DNA from: a virus
Taxonomy: Duplodnaviria > Caudoviricetes
Reading direction: 5' to 3' (one strand)
Length of the DNA: 64,000 nt
IMG/VR virus record: IMGVR_UViG_3300025066_000007
The translations under genes and the position numbers were made by a program. The notes below the pieces were generated by a model. That model did no database searches. It worked only from the letters and a program-made list of their open reading frames with translations, and was not told the origin of the DNA. Of this stretch, positions 27,717 to 37,857 are shown piece by piece (position 1 is the first letter of the stretch; every line of letters starts with the position of its first letter).

Positions 27717-28849
27717 TCTGGCCTCAGACCAACGCCAACGGGAAAACGTGGTACACCGTCCTCTGATAGCTCAAAGAATTCAACCGTAAGCTTCTCTCCG
27801 ATATACTTTTCACCGTTCTCAAACAACTTAGCCCTCTCTTCGTGAGTTCCCTTTGGGCGAACGCCAAATTCTGTTCCGCCCTCAGTTACACAGCGCCAAA
27901 CTACCAATCCAGACTCTCTTCCTTCGCCATCAGAGAATCCAACCACTTCGTATTCCTCAGAAGTAAAACGCTTAACCTTTTGCAGAGAATAACTTCGATT
28001 CTTGTAAACATAAGGGCTCCCAGCGTTTCTCGCCATCAGGCCTTCGTAGGAGGCGCTAACTGCCATCGCCTCATGTATGTTTAATTCATCTTCCGTGTTT
28101 GCAGTTAGAGTTTGTGCAATCACAATATTCGGAGCCTTTTCTGAAATGTCTTTAAAATTCTGATTATAGTCCGAATAAAAGGCAGCGCCCTCTCCATCTT
28201 GAATGACCATCCTATCTTCAAAGGGAAGAGTCTTATGTGGAAGGTCATAAATGTGATACTCTAACAGATCAGTATCTGGCCTCTGCTTTTTAGCAGCAGA
28301 AATAATCCTCTGAAAAGTCCAGCCATGGACATAGATCTCCCCGTCTGTACACTGGCCCTCTTCAAGAACCAGTTCTAGCTGACCTCTGATTTTTTCTAGA
28401 ATATCTAAGACCTTTCCCTTTCTAGACCAAACTGTAACCTTGCCGTCTTTTTTTCTTGAAATACAACGAATTCCATCATACTTGAGCTGCGTATAACAGG
28501 GGAACTTTATCTTAGAAGAATGCTTATCATAACGGTGAGCGAGCATTGGAAGGAACAAGCCATCTGATGCGGATGGAATTTTAGCCTTATCCTCTACATA
28601 GCCTGAATCTTTCTTCCGACTATGGGCAGACTTAGCCTCAGAACATGCTTGCTCATAGCATGAAGTTTCATTTGCCCTTCCGATGTTCTTTCCTGCGCTG
28701 ATATAACGCTGGTCAAGCTGCTTCTTTCCATCTTCGTAGCCATGCTCAGTTTCGAGATAGCAAGTTCCATCGCCCATCTTAAGAACAGAGATAGTCCACT
28801 GCTTAATCTTTCCGTTCTTTGACTTCCCATAAAGAGTTGATAGCTTCAT
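27701..28849 (-). CDS. lig: ATP-dependent DNA ligase
   Basis: KYDGIRC (motif I), TDGEIY, YHIYDL, YEGLMAR, LQKVK and C-terminal OB-fold PRFPV. Confidence 0.92.
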   Translation of the reverse strand: MKLSTLYGKSKNGKIKQWTISVLKMGDGTCYLETEHGYEDGKKQLDQRYISAGKNIGRANETSCYEQACSEAKSAHSRKKDSGYVEDKAKIPSASDGLFLPMLAHRYDKHSSKIKFPCYTQLKYDGIRCISRKKDGKVTVWSRKGKVLDILEKIRGQLELVLEEGQCTDGEIYVHGWTFQRIISAAKKQRPDTDLLEYHIYDLPHKTLPFEDRMVIQDGEGAAFYSDYNQNFKDISEKAPNIVIAQTLTANTEDELNIHEAMAVSASYEGLMARNAGSPYVYKNRSYSLQKVKRFTSEEYEVVGFSDGEGRESGLVVWRCVTEGGTEFGVRPKGTHEERAKLFENGEKYIGEKLTVEFFELSEDGVPRFPVGVGLRPEWDMS

Positions 28850-28895
28850 TTTTATCCAATTAAATTACAGAGTTATGTGATAAAAGCTAAAGTGT

Positions 28896-28971
28896 TGGTG
28901 GAGGCGACAGGAATCGAACCTGCGACCTGATGCTTGCAAAGCATCTGCTCTCCCGACTGAGCTACGCCCCC
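28896..28971 (-). tRNA. tRNA-Ala(UGC)
   Basis: 76-nt cloverleaf with anticodon loop TT-TGC-AA, G3:U70 pair and encoded CCA. Confidence 0.97.
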
Positions 28972-29002
28972 AACACCTATATTTTACTTTAGAATGCAAA
29001 TA

Positions 29003-32000
29003 TTATTCCGGCTTATTTAACATAAATTGCGCGGCGCTATTCGCTTCGCTTCTCAAAAAGGTTTCGACAACAGTGCTAGTTCCATATCTATAAATTAGAA
29101 TGTCACCATCATCGATTCCCCATTTCGCAGAGTATCCGCGAATCGTCTTGTCTTCTCGTCGTCCAAAAAACATAGAAAAGGTAACGAAGAACTCATTAGT
29201 CTCTCCGTTTTCTCGACTAAACTGCGAAGGATAGACGGTACTTTGCGACCAGCCATCTAAATGATCTTCCTTATGATCAACTCTACCTATTTCGGCGGCA
29301 GCAAAAACAGACTCAAAGACAGAAAGGATTTTGTCTTCGCCTACTCGCTTTCTACGAGCGGCTGCAAATTCGCGTTGACGGAGAGTGTGAGCCTCTCTCT
29401 CTAAAGACACCTCTACTGATTCAAGAAAAGAGGGAACCGCCTTTCCTCTGCTTAAGTCAGGAGTAAGAGTAAGAACATTAATTGAAAAAACCTTTACGTC
29501 TTCATTCTCAATATCATCAAGTGTATCACAATCTTCTGTGCTTATATTGAACCTTACTTTGGGGATAACAAACTTATTATCTTTTGTCCAAAAAGCAGAT
29601 TCGTTTAAGCTGGGGTATATTTCATCTGGAATATCATCCGAAGGATCATACTCAAGTTCCTTCAGACCCTTCGAAGGAGTTGTCGCATTAAACAAGCGCC
29701 ACTCATAAGGACTGGCCCAATGACAGCCTCCGATTGCCACCATCGTCTTGTCTGGGGATACTACAAACGGACCTGTTAGGCAGAACGAGTATCCGTCACC
29801 ACGCCTAGAAAAAAGATCTCCGCTGGATAAATCAACTAAAGTATGACCCGTGTAAGTTTCCCCTCCAACAAACCAAGTTCCGCTAGCCAACTCTAGCACG
29901 CCCCATACAAACCAGCCGTAATTTCTTTTAATATCCGCAATTTGCTTTCCATCGGAACTTGAGATAATTCCACGAGAATAATCCCAGCAACCTTTTTTTG
30001 TTCCGTAATACCGAACCTCAAGAGAGGCACCGTTTAGCAACTCGTGCGTTTCCCGCTTTTCTTTTCTCTCATTATCATCAATGTAAAAATCTACTTCTTC
30101 AGTCATCTTTCTTTCCTATCGAACAATGCTATCGGGGTGTACTTTGCATTCCCCGTGATGATGCCAGGACCACACCTTACAGGTCTCAATTCCGCAAGAT
30201 TCAAACTGACCGTTTTTTGTCCAGTCTGATTGCTTGCAGGCGCAGCCATCCCAAGGAGAGCTTAGAACTTCTCCACCGAAATCACCCATAGAGACAAAGT
30301 GACTCTGCCTTAAGCTAAACCAGTGTCGGTCGCCAATTGGTCGCGGAACAGAATTCTTTGTATATCGAGAATTCTTTTTCTCGTCAGCACCCTCATGCTC
30401 ACTGTTGTAATATTCGTGGTCGAACATAAACATTGCAGTCCAGCCAACTCCTTTTTTGAAGTCAACCTCTCCTACCGTTGCCGGACTGCCCTTGCGAAAC
30501 AATAGGTCGCGTCCTGACCATCCATTCTTTGCAAGATAAGGGTTGTCTTCTTTGAAGACGACTCTATCTCCAGCGGCAAATGGAGAAGTTTCAAAGAACG
30601 CCTCAAGATATTCGTCAAGCCTTTCAAGCGCGTAAATATAATCTCCAGTTTGAGTGGAGAGCGGGCCGCCTTGCGCCCAATCGATTACGTCTTTAATCTT
30701 TGAAAGATAAGAGTTATGCTTCATCTTGTCCAATCTTTAGCGCATCAGTAACTTGCTCATAAATCGAAACCATTGAACCAAACTTAGGAATCCCCTTATG
30801 CGTGGCAGCCAGAAACAAGGCTTTTAGAGCAGCATGAAGCTGCTTCTTTTCGGCCCTTAGCTCATCACAGGTTTCTTTTAAAATTTGAGCTTCCTTATCC
30901 ATGTCTTAAGCCTTCTTCTTGTTAGTTATAGCCCAGCCATTATCTGGACTCCATTCTACATTAGTTACAAACCTTAGCTCAAACTTACGGAACCAATAGA
31001 TAGGCTCTATAAGAGATATAAAGAATGACCCATCTTTTCTCTCATATAAAAAATAATTTCTTCCAGTGACAGGCTCCATAGCCACTTGGGCCTCTCTAAG
31101 AGATTCCAAGACTTCTTTCTCCGTAAGAGTGTCTGAGTTCATTATTCTTCCGAAAACTCTCTAGGGGCGAACTCTGCCTCTGCGAACCACATATCCGCAG
31201 GGTCTCTTTCGTAACGAATGGTCTTCACCAGATATCTTGTCGTGTCCTCTTTGTTTTTCAGAATCAAAAAGTCTCCTTCTTCGATTCCTCGATGCCAACC
31301 GTAAAGAGAAATGGCCTGTCCACCATTCCGAACCTCTGTTACTCCATAGTTCTTTCCCCGGCCTTTAGAAGAAAGATCATGCTCACTTTTTTCGGAATTA
31401 ATCATTTGGAGTTCCAAAAACATCAATAGTCTTCATTTCAGAATTATATGAATTGAAATCCTCCGAAGATCCGCAGTCAATAATATTGACCACCTCATAT
31501 CCCTTGACATTGCTATGATCAAAACCGCACTTCATTCCAGAAATAACTTCACTAATATGCTCTGAGTTACATTCTTTCTCAAGAAAAACCTTGAGCATTA
31601 CCAGGACCTGACTTCCAGTTTTACTCATAATTTTTTAGTCCTATTCCGGGGTAATTAAAGCTTCCGCTTCGAACAGCTTTGGTCTCCGCTTTTCGCGCCT
31701 CACTATAGTCAGATCTTTCTGCCTCTCTCTTTGAACAATTCAGGCAGATAAGCTGCTCATTGAACCACGACATAGAATATGAAGCAGTTTTCTCTAAGCA
31801 TCTTTGGCAGAACCCATTCCAATTTATTTTCATCTTAATATTCTGCCTGTTGCCTAATGTCCTCAAACCCTGGAGGCCAAGGATTAAGAAGGTGACTGGT
31901 TAGATAGCGAACAACATCTTTTGATGTACCTCCAATGTGCCATTCTGTTATGTCCTCAACCGCGAGACCTTCTTCTCCCAGGTAATTCCTTCCGTCCTTA

Positions 32001-32257
32001 TAGTTATATATGGACGCAATATCGCCACCAACAAACTCCACAGACCATTCTGCGTCGGTCTTATATCCGTCAGACTCTCCAGGCTCTCCAAGAGCTTCAA
32101 CAAGCTTTGCGTAGCTAATATTGATATAGCCCTGAAGACTGCCTCCGGCATAAACGACATTTACACTTCTAATCTTTGGCATCACGTTCTCCTCAGAAAG
32201 ACAGAAGGCCACTCTGGCATATTCTCCAGAGTGGCAGCCTATCTCTAGTTTGTACAA
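29003..32257 (-). other. Array of about 10 short orphan minus-strand ORFs (29003..30106, 30116..30733 and smaller)
   Basis: Abutting ORFs with SD sites and overlapping stop/start codons, typical of a phage early region; no recognisable domains. Confidence 0.55.
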
Positions 32258-32285
32258 ATAAATTTCATCATAACCTTATGAACTC

Positions 32286-32978
32286 TCAAGAAATTTCCTC
32301 TGGGTCTACATAATTATCATCATTTTCTTTGCCCAAACATCCACATTGCATTTTTCTCAAAGCCGGAGTATCACTTCGTCTCACAGGAACATGGTTCTCA
32401 TCTATAAGATTTCCCTCTAAGCATTTACAAATTTCAATCCAATTGATTTCTGTACACTCAGGGTCTATCCAAGTATAGACTTCATCACCCCGCTGAAGTG
32501 TGTCTCCTAGTTTTAAGATAATCATTTTCTTACCCGATATGATCTACAGAGCCACTCCATGTGTCAATGTATCTTTGTGCCGCATCAGAGGCAGGCTTTA
32601 GCCCTCTTAGTGCATCAAACACTTCCTGTGCAATCTCTCTAACTTCCGGCCTAAGCCTCTCGATATAACCTTCAATCGTAAGTCCTGTCTTCTTTAGAAA
32701 CTCAGGATCAAGCTTAGGCTCTAGCTCAAACATTTGAACAACAGCACCTATGTCAAAATTGTCATTAGAGTTTAACACTAAGGAAGATCCTTTAGATACT
32801 TCGGAAGATAGCCATCTACAGTTACTTCGGCCTCTTTGAATTTGACCCCTAGTATCTTCAGAACATAACTTGCCTCAAGAGAGTGGTCCTCATACTTTAG
32901 AACTCCGTCCACATAAAGTCCCGTCCAATCTCCCTCGTCTCCATTGACGATAACTATTTCAGAAGAATAGTCTTTCAC
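32286..32978 (-). repeat. Three-gene cassette, copy 1 (32778..32978, 32530..32778, 32286..32525)
   Basis: Each gene has a clear paralog in the same order at 44266..44463, 44011..44265 and 43758..44009. Confidence 0.85.
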
Positions 32979-33456
32979 GGAAGATCCTTTAGATACTCTG
33001 TCATTGTCGTTGTCCTGCGAGCAAAACGAACAGCGTCTACTTTAATATGAAAGCTATTCGCTCTTGCGATTAGCTCTCTTCTAATTTCCACAGGAGGCAG
33101 AGAACTAAAATAGATCTCTACGCTTTGATATGCAGAACACTTCATTGGACTTGTTGAGGAAACCTTGGTATGCTTTCCCATTCCATTATTTGTCCAGCCG
33201 GGAGTCGGAGAGATAGCACACGGTCTATGGCATCCATGCTCATCCGGCTTGTGGTCAACATTCTCCTCGCACCATTCAGCTAGAGCGGGAGACATAGAGT
33301 CTGGACCTTCATGAGCTTCATTCGCAAGCTCAGAACCCACTCCACACTCTCCGGTCTGTCCCGTAACCCAAGCACACATTTCTCGCTCAAAGTTTCCTGA
33401 GTAAGAACCTGTGTCTACGATAAGTAGATATTCATCCATCTTTAATCACCCTTGTC

Positions 33457-34538
33457 TCAAAGCATAGTCTCAGGAACTGGCCTTGCAATATAGTTTATGT
33501 TCTCAATCAAATTTGGATACGCCGCCATAACTAACGAGCCATGCCCAAGAAGATTTATGTAATACAAATCCTCATTCAAATTTCCAGAATGCATCTTCTT
33601 AATATGCTCTGCCTCTTCCATTGAACCACATGGTATCGGAACCGATGTGAACGGAGCATCAGCAATATATGTATGAGAATGTAGGATATACCTAATGCTC
33701 GGGAATGCTTTAAATAAAAGCAGCTGAATAGGAGTGTCAACTGACGGCTTTATATCTCCATGGTAGCCGACACTCCAGCCTTCTCCATTCATATTGTTTA
33801 GCTTTTCTACAGCAATAAAACCCTCTGGACCTATAAACCTCTTGTCTATATTCCTGCGAGAAACATAAACTTGTCCATCCCTCTTTACTCCGGGGAATCC
33901 TCGCTCGCATCTAAAGCAGGCATTTCCAAGCATTCGTTCGCTATTAGCCGCATGAATTAACTCATGGAATCTATCAGCATATGATTTAATCAAACCAAAG
34001 AAGTGTGTCTCATCTGGGACAACCAATGCTTTGCCGAGTGAATAGCTTCTTATTCTAGTGAAGGATCTAATCTCATCAATCCTTTGTGAGACAACAAAGT
34101 ATACCTCTGATGGATCTTGCTCATCCTTTAAAAAGATGTTTCCAAGAGGACTGTAATCTCCACGAGCAAAGCGCTTCTGGTTTTCAAAGCTCTAGTTACA
34201 AGGTCGGCATCTGAATATGTACCGTCTCTATTGTTCTTTGAAGTAATCAAAGAGCAAGTTGGATTCTCCTTTTTAATCCTAGATACAATCTTCTCTTCGT
34301 CGTTAGAGATATTAGGAAACCAGTACACAATACTATACTTCTTAATCCCCTTGAGGATTCGTTTAAGACTGTCCATTGAGCCGCCGTTATGGACTTCGGC
34401 ATTAGAATCCTTAAAGAACTCTCGCATATATCCTGACGGTTTTCCGCCTGAGCGATCAAAGGTTCCGCATACAGCAATTGCGTTTCGTGCTTCCATGTTT
34501 CTTCCTATATGTATAACCACAACCATAGACGGCGGCAA
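33457..34538 (-). pseudogene. Class II aldolase/adducin-domain protein split by a -1 frame change
   Basis: ORF 34128..34538 overlaps a -1 frame that is open from 34191 to 33457 and contains the ILHSHTY and LLGHGS class II aldolase motifs. Confidence 0.65.
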
Positions 34539-34792
34539 GTATTGGTTTGGATAACCGACTCAATATCATCAACCCCAAGCTTGAGAACCCTCTGAGAGTT
34601 TTTTGCAAGCTCCCACCTGTACTCTCTTTCTCCGCCATACTTTTGAGTCACACTAAAGCTCTTGACAGCAAGCCTTACAGTCCTTCTTGACTTGTAATTA
34701 ATCTCAACAACACAAACCTTATCGAATAATTCGATCAGTCGTCTCCCTCTGGAAAGAAGAATATTAAAATCAGTCCAAGCCACAGCCACCAA
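34505..34792 (-). CDS. Hypothetical protein, paralog of 44473..44730
   Basis: LFDKVCVVEINYKS...RWELAKNSQRVLKLGVDDIESV vs LFEQVYLVQINYKS...EWALTDKNQKILSLNLEEIESV. Confidence 0.65.
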   Translation of the reverse strand: MVAVAWTDFNILLSRGRRLIELFDKVCVVEINYKSRRTVRLAVKSFSVTQKYGGEREYRWELAKNSQRVLKLGVDDIESVIQTNTCRRLWLWLYI

Positions 34793-36459
34793 GGGTAGGT
34801 CGCTGTGCTACAGAACATAAGAATCAAGAGTATAAAAGGAATCATATCAGCCCCAACAGAAGTAGACTTTGTAGTTTCCCTTTGGAATGATTCCATTGGA
34901 ACAAAGGTCTTGCATAAGAGGTTTAAGAGAAGGATACTTGGCCGTGTTAGAAATCATCTTTTCCTTTTCCACATCAGCATAGTCACTTAACTCTCCGTCA
35001 ATACAGTAGTACATATAACCACCAGAGTCGCCACCACCGGGCTCTTCCCAGCACACAAGGTCGGAATGGTCCTCCGAGAAGTTCTCATCGGAGGCGGCAA
35101 TAGAAAATGCTTTGATTGCTAAATCAGTTTCTTCCCGAGTTTCATCACTCATATGAATATAGTCTCCGGCCTCATCCCTAAATGCAGTCAATCTTGGAGC
35201 TATAAATTCAGCAATAGTAGAAGAAAGAGACCACAGCTCAGTTCCATCGAACCCTCTTTCGTCCCGCTGCTTTCGATACATCGACAATCTGCTATCATCT
35301 GGTGGCAGTTCGAGAACACAGCCCGTATAGGCCAAAGGATTTAAATCATCATTTGAATTACTCATAACCACCCTCGCCCCCTTATCTTGGGACTATAAAT
35401 TTCCTGAGACCTTAAGAGGTACATTGTGAATCTTCTTCATTTCAATAGCCAGATGATCACGGGCCGGTCTTCCAAACACATCTCCAAAGAGATCTCCCTG
35501 ATAAATCGCTATAGCCTCCATGCACCAAGGCTTGCCATCTATCGGAGGCTCATAACCGGCAAGAGCATAAGCAATCTGCCCAATCCTCTTATTTTGAGCA
35601 GAAAGCAAAGCCTCTGCTTTTTCGGCTCGCTTCTTCATAACCGAAAGCTTGTCGGTAATGACAAGGCCTAATTAAAATATCTATAAATAAATTTAGAAAC
35701 TCGACTCTTTTTTTCCCACTCATACCGAAAGGAACTTCAATGCTCGTTCCTCTATTTCCGCTGAGAATAAAGCACTCATGATTTTCAAAATAAAACTTCC
35801 AAATCCAATGCCTATATTCGCTGGTAAACGTACAGTCATGCTTGCCCAATGCAATCCTGAGCTTATCTTTGTTGTTCTGAAACAGCAAAGTATAGTCCGA
35901 GAAAGTCAAAGCACTGTTCCAAACCCGAACTTGCGAATTATTTTCAATGCGTTCTATCTTGGAAGCCGCCTCTGTATAGACGCTCACCTTAAGCCCTCTT
36001 GCTCAAGAGAGTCTGAGTCGCCTCTACTGAGCAACTCTTATGCCGAAAAGAACGCATAACCCTCTTCTCTTCCACATAAACATCGTGATAGAAGTACTCT
36101 CCATCATCAGTCGCCGGCAACACTTCAACTCGAAAACAAGGCTGTCCATCGGGGAAAAACTTATTCAAAAATTCAGAAGAGTTCCCTTCGCCGCTCAATA
36201 AAATTGAGGCAAGATAGCCCTCTGGAGTCATCACTTTAAACGAAACAGATGAAATAGAGATTGGAGATTCGCTCTCCAGACTAAGATGCTCCGTGCAGGA
36301 TTCTCCCCACCCTAAGTCTAGATTATCTTGGTCATATTGGGCAAGCTCTTCCGTGGAAGACCAATCAATATAAACTGAACCGTCGCCACCATTATGAAGG
36401 GAGCCATATAAGTCTAATGTAAACATTTCTTTCTTTCTTTCTTGTTAAATTCAAAAAGA

Positions 36460-36773
36460 TGGTACGAGTGGTGGGACTCGAACCCACACGTCCTAAGGAC
36501 AATTGATTTTGCATACCACTATAGCTTTCACTACCACCGAAGTGTTTGTAGTCTGGACTTTCTCTTCACCATATTGCTAATGCAATTTAGGTGGCAGCCG
36601 TCAAGTCTCTACACGTTCAGTCTAATTACTTAGAAAGCTTCGCTCGGGATTGCCATTTTAAAGGGTTCCCCGAATTTGACTGCTTACATCCATACCGTTT
36701 CCAGTATGACGACCCATTTTTCTAGAAAACTAGAAGCCAAGTCAATCGCGTCTACCAATTCCGCCACGCTCGC
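36460..36773 (-). tRNA. tRNA-Leu(CAA) interrupted by a group I intron (exons 36740..36773 and 36460..36511)
   Basis: Spliced product GCGAGCGTGGCGGAATTGGTAGACGCGATTGACT|CAAAATCAATTGTCCTTAGGACGTGTGGGTTCGAGTCCCACCACTCGTACCA is a class II Leu cloverleaf with A73. Confidence 0.88.
36512..36739 (-). mobile_element. Group I self-splicing intron (IC3-like, 228 nt, no ORF)
   Basis: P AAATTCGGGGAA (36677-36666), Q AATCCCGAGC (36651-36642), R GTAGAGACTTGA (36612-36601), S GAAGAGAAAGTCCA (36567-36554); P1 exon GACU pairs with IGS GGUC; terminal G. Confidence 0.92.
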
Positions 36774-36839
36774 ATATCGTTTGATAATATTTGATTCCAT
36801 TGCGAGAAGATCTTGTCTTCTCTTCCCAATAACAGATAA

Positions 36840-36927
36840 TGGCGGGCCCGGTAAGATTCGAACTTACGATGCGGTATAACCAAATAGGTTAACAGCCTAT
36901 TGCCTTCGACCACTCGGCCACAGACCC
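36840..36927 (-). tRNA. tRNA with GUU (Asn) anticodon and long variable arm
   Basis: 88 nt; anticodon arm ATAGG-CTGTTAA-CCTAT; 16-nt variable region TTGGTTATACCGCATC; G73; CCA encoded. Confidence 0.85.
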
Positions 36928-37540
36928 GAAACTTTATATCCATTATTAGCAGAAAGAGCTTCTTCTACAGATCTTCTTTCATCCTTAAGAAGCGATCAAT
37001 CCTTCTCCACGCCTCTCTCCCACTGCTGCCTTTCAGCACAAAGCTCTTTCGCTTTAACTTTCGGAACTTCCTCTTTGCCTTTCGAGCCTCTTTCTCAGAG
37101 TATCCGGTGAAGGGATCTCTGCCCTCCTTTTCTTCGGAGATCCATAGCTCAATTGGAATAACTCCAAAGTTAGTCTCTAAGATAAAATTCTCAATAGACT
37201 CTCTATCTAAACCTTCGGACGCCATCATCTGCTCCATTTAAGGTAAAAATTTAAATGATTACTAAGAACCAACCAGCAATGGTCTTTTCATCTGCTTATA
37301 ATATGCTCCGGAGCATCAACACGACAAGACGCACAACGACTGGAGAGCTATATATGTAGTAAATCAAATCTGATGTGGGTAATAAGTACCAGATTTCTTT
37401 TGATTTATCACTCCGTGTTTCTCAAATAATGAATCAAGGACTTATTGCTCAGTCCGCACATCGATAATAGCCTTGCTTTAAATGGCGTCAACCTTTTTGT
37501 TGACGTCTATTCAAAAATCCTCACGGGCTCGGCTCACCCA

Positions 37541-37575
37541 GATATAGTGCAGGGCAAACCCATATTACGTTTTTT
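37541..37575 (-). promoter_or_regulatory. Phage promoter-like motif, copy 5
   Basis: AAAAAA CGTAAT ATGGGTT TGCCCTG CAC TATATC upstream of the non-coding stretch leading to the Asn/Leu tRNAs. Confidence 0.7.
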
Positions 37576-37593
37576 AGAAGGAGGAGGGAAAGC

Positions 37594-37752
37594 CTACTCT
37601 TGAGGCTTCTCACCGAGCATTGAGGGATCTTTCTCGGCACCATTAGACGCCTCTTTAAAAAGAGCCTTTAGTTCTTCTGCCTCTTTGCTCAAGTCATGCT
37701 TATTAAGCCAAGACAATATCTCTTTTAATTTTTCGTCTATGCTTGTAGCCAT
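37594..37752 (-). CDS. 52-aa protein consisting mostly of the shared helical motif
   Basis: GGAGG SD; MATSIDEKLKEILSWLNKHDLSKEAEELKAL...; below the ORF-track length cutoff. Confidence 0.6.
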   Translation of the reverse strand: MATSIDEKLKEILSWLNKHDLSKEAEELKALFKEASNGAEKDPSMLGEKPQE

Positions 37753-37857
37753 CTGATCCTCCACTTACCCATTGCCCTTAAAGTAATAAGGAATTCTTTT
37801 GTGCATATTTTAATGAGGAAAGAATGCAAAAGAATAATAATATTGCAAGCTTATCTT

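Noticed and set aside
36739-36740. tRNA-Leu(UAA) assignment for the intron-containing tRNA
   Set aside because: It would require the intron to end in C rather than the universal terminal G. CAA fits both splice-site rules.
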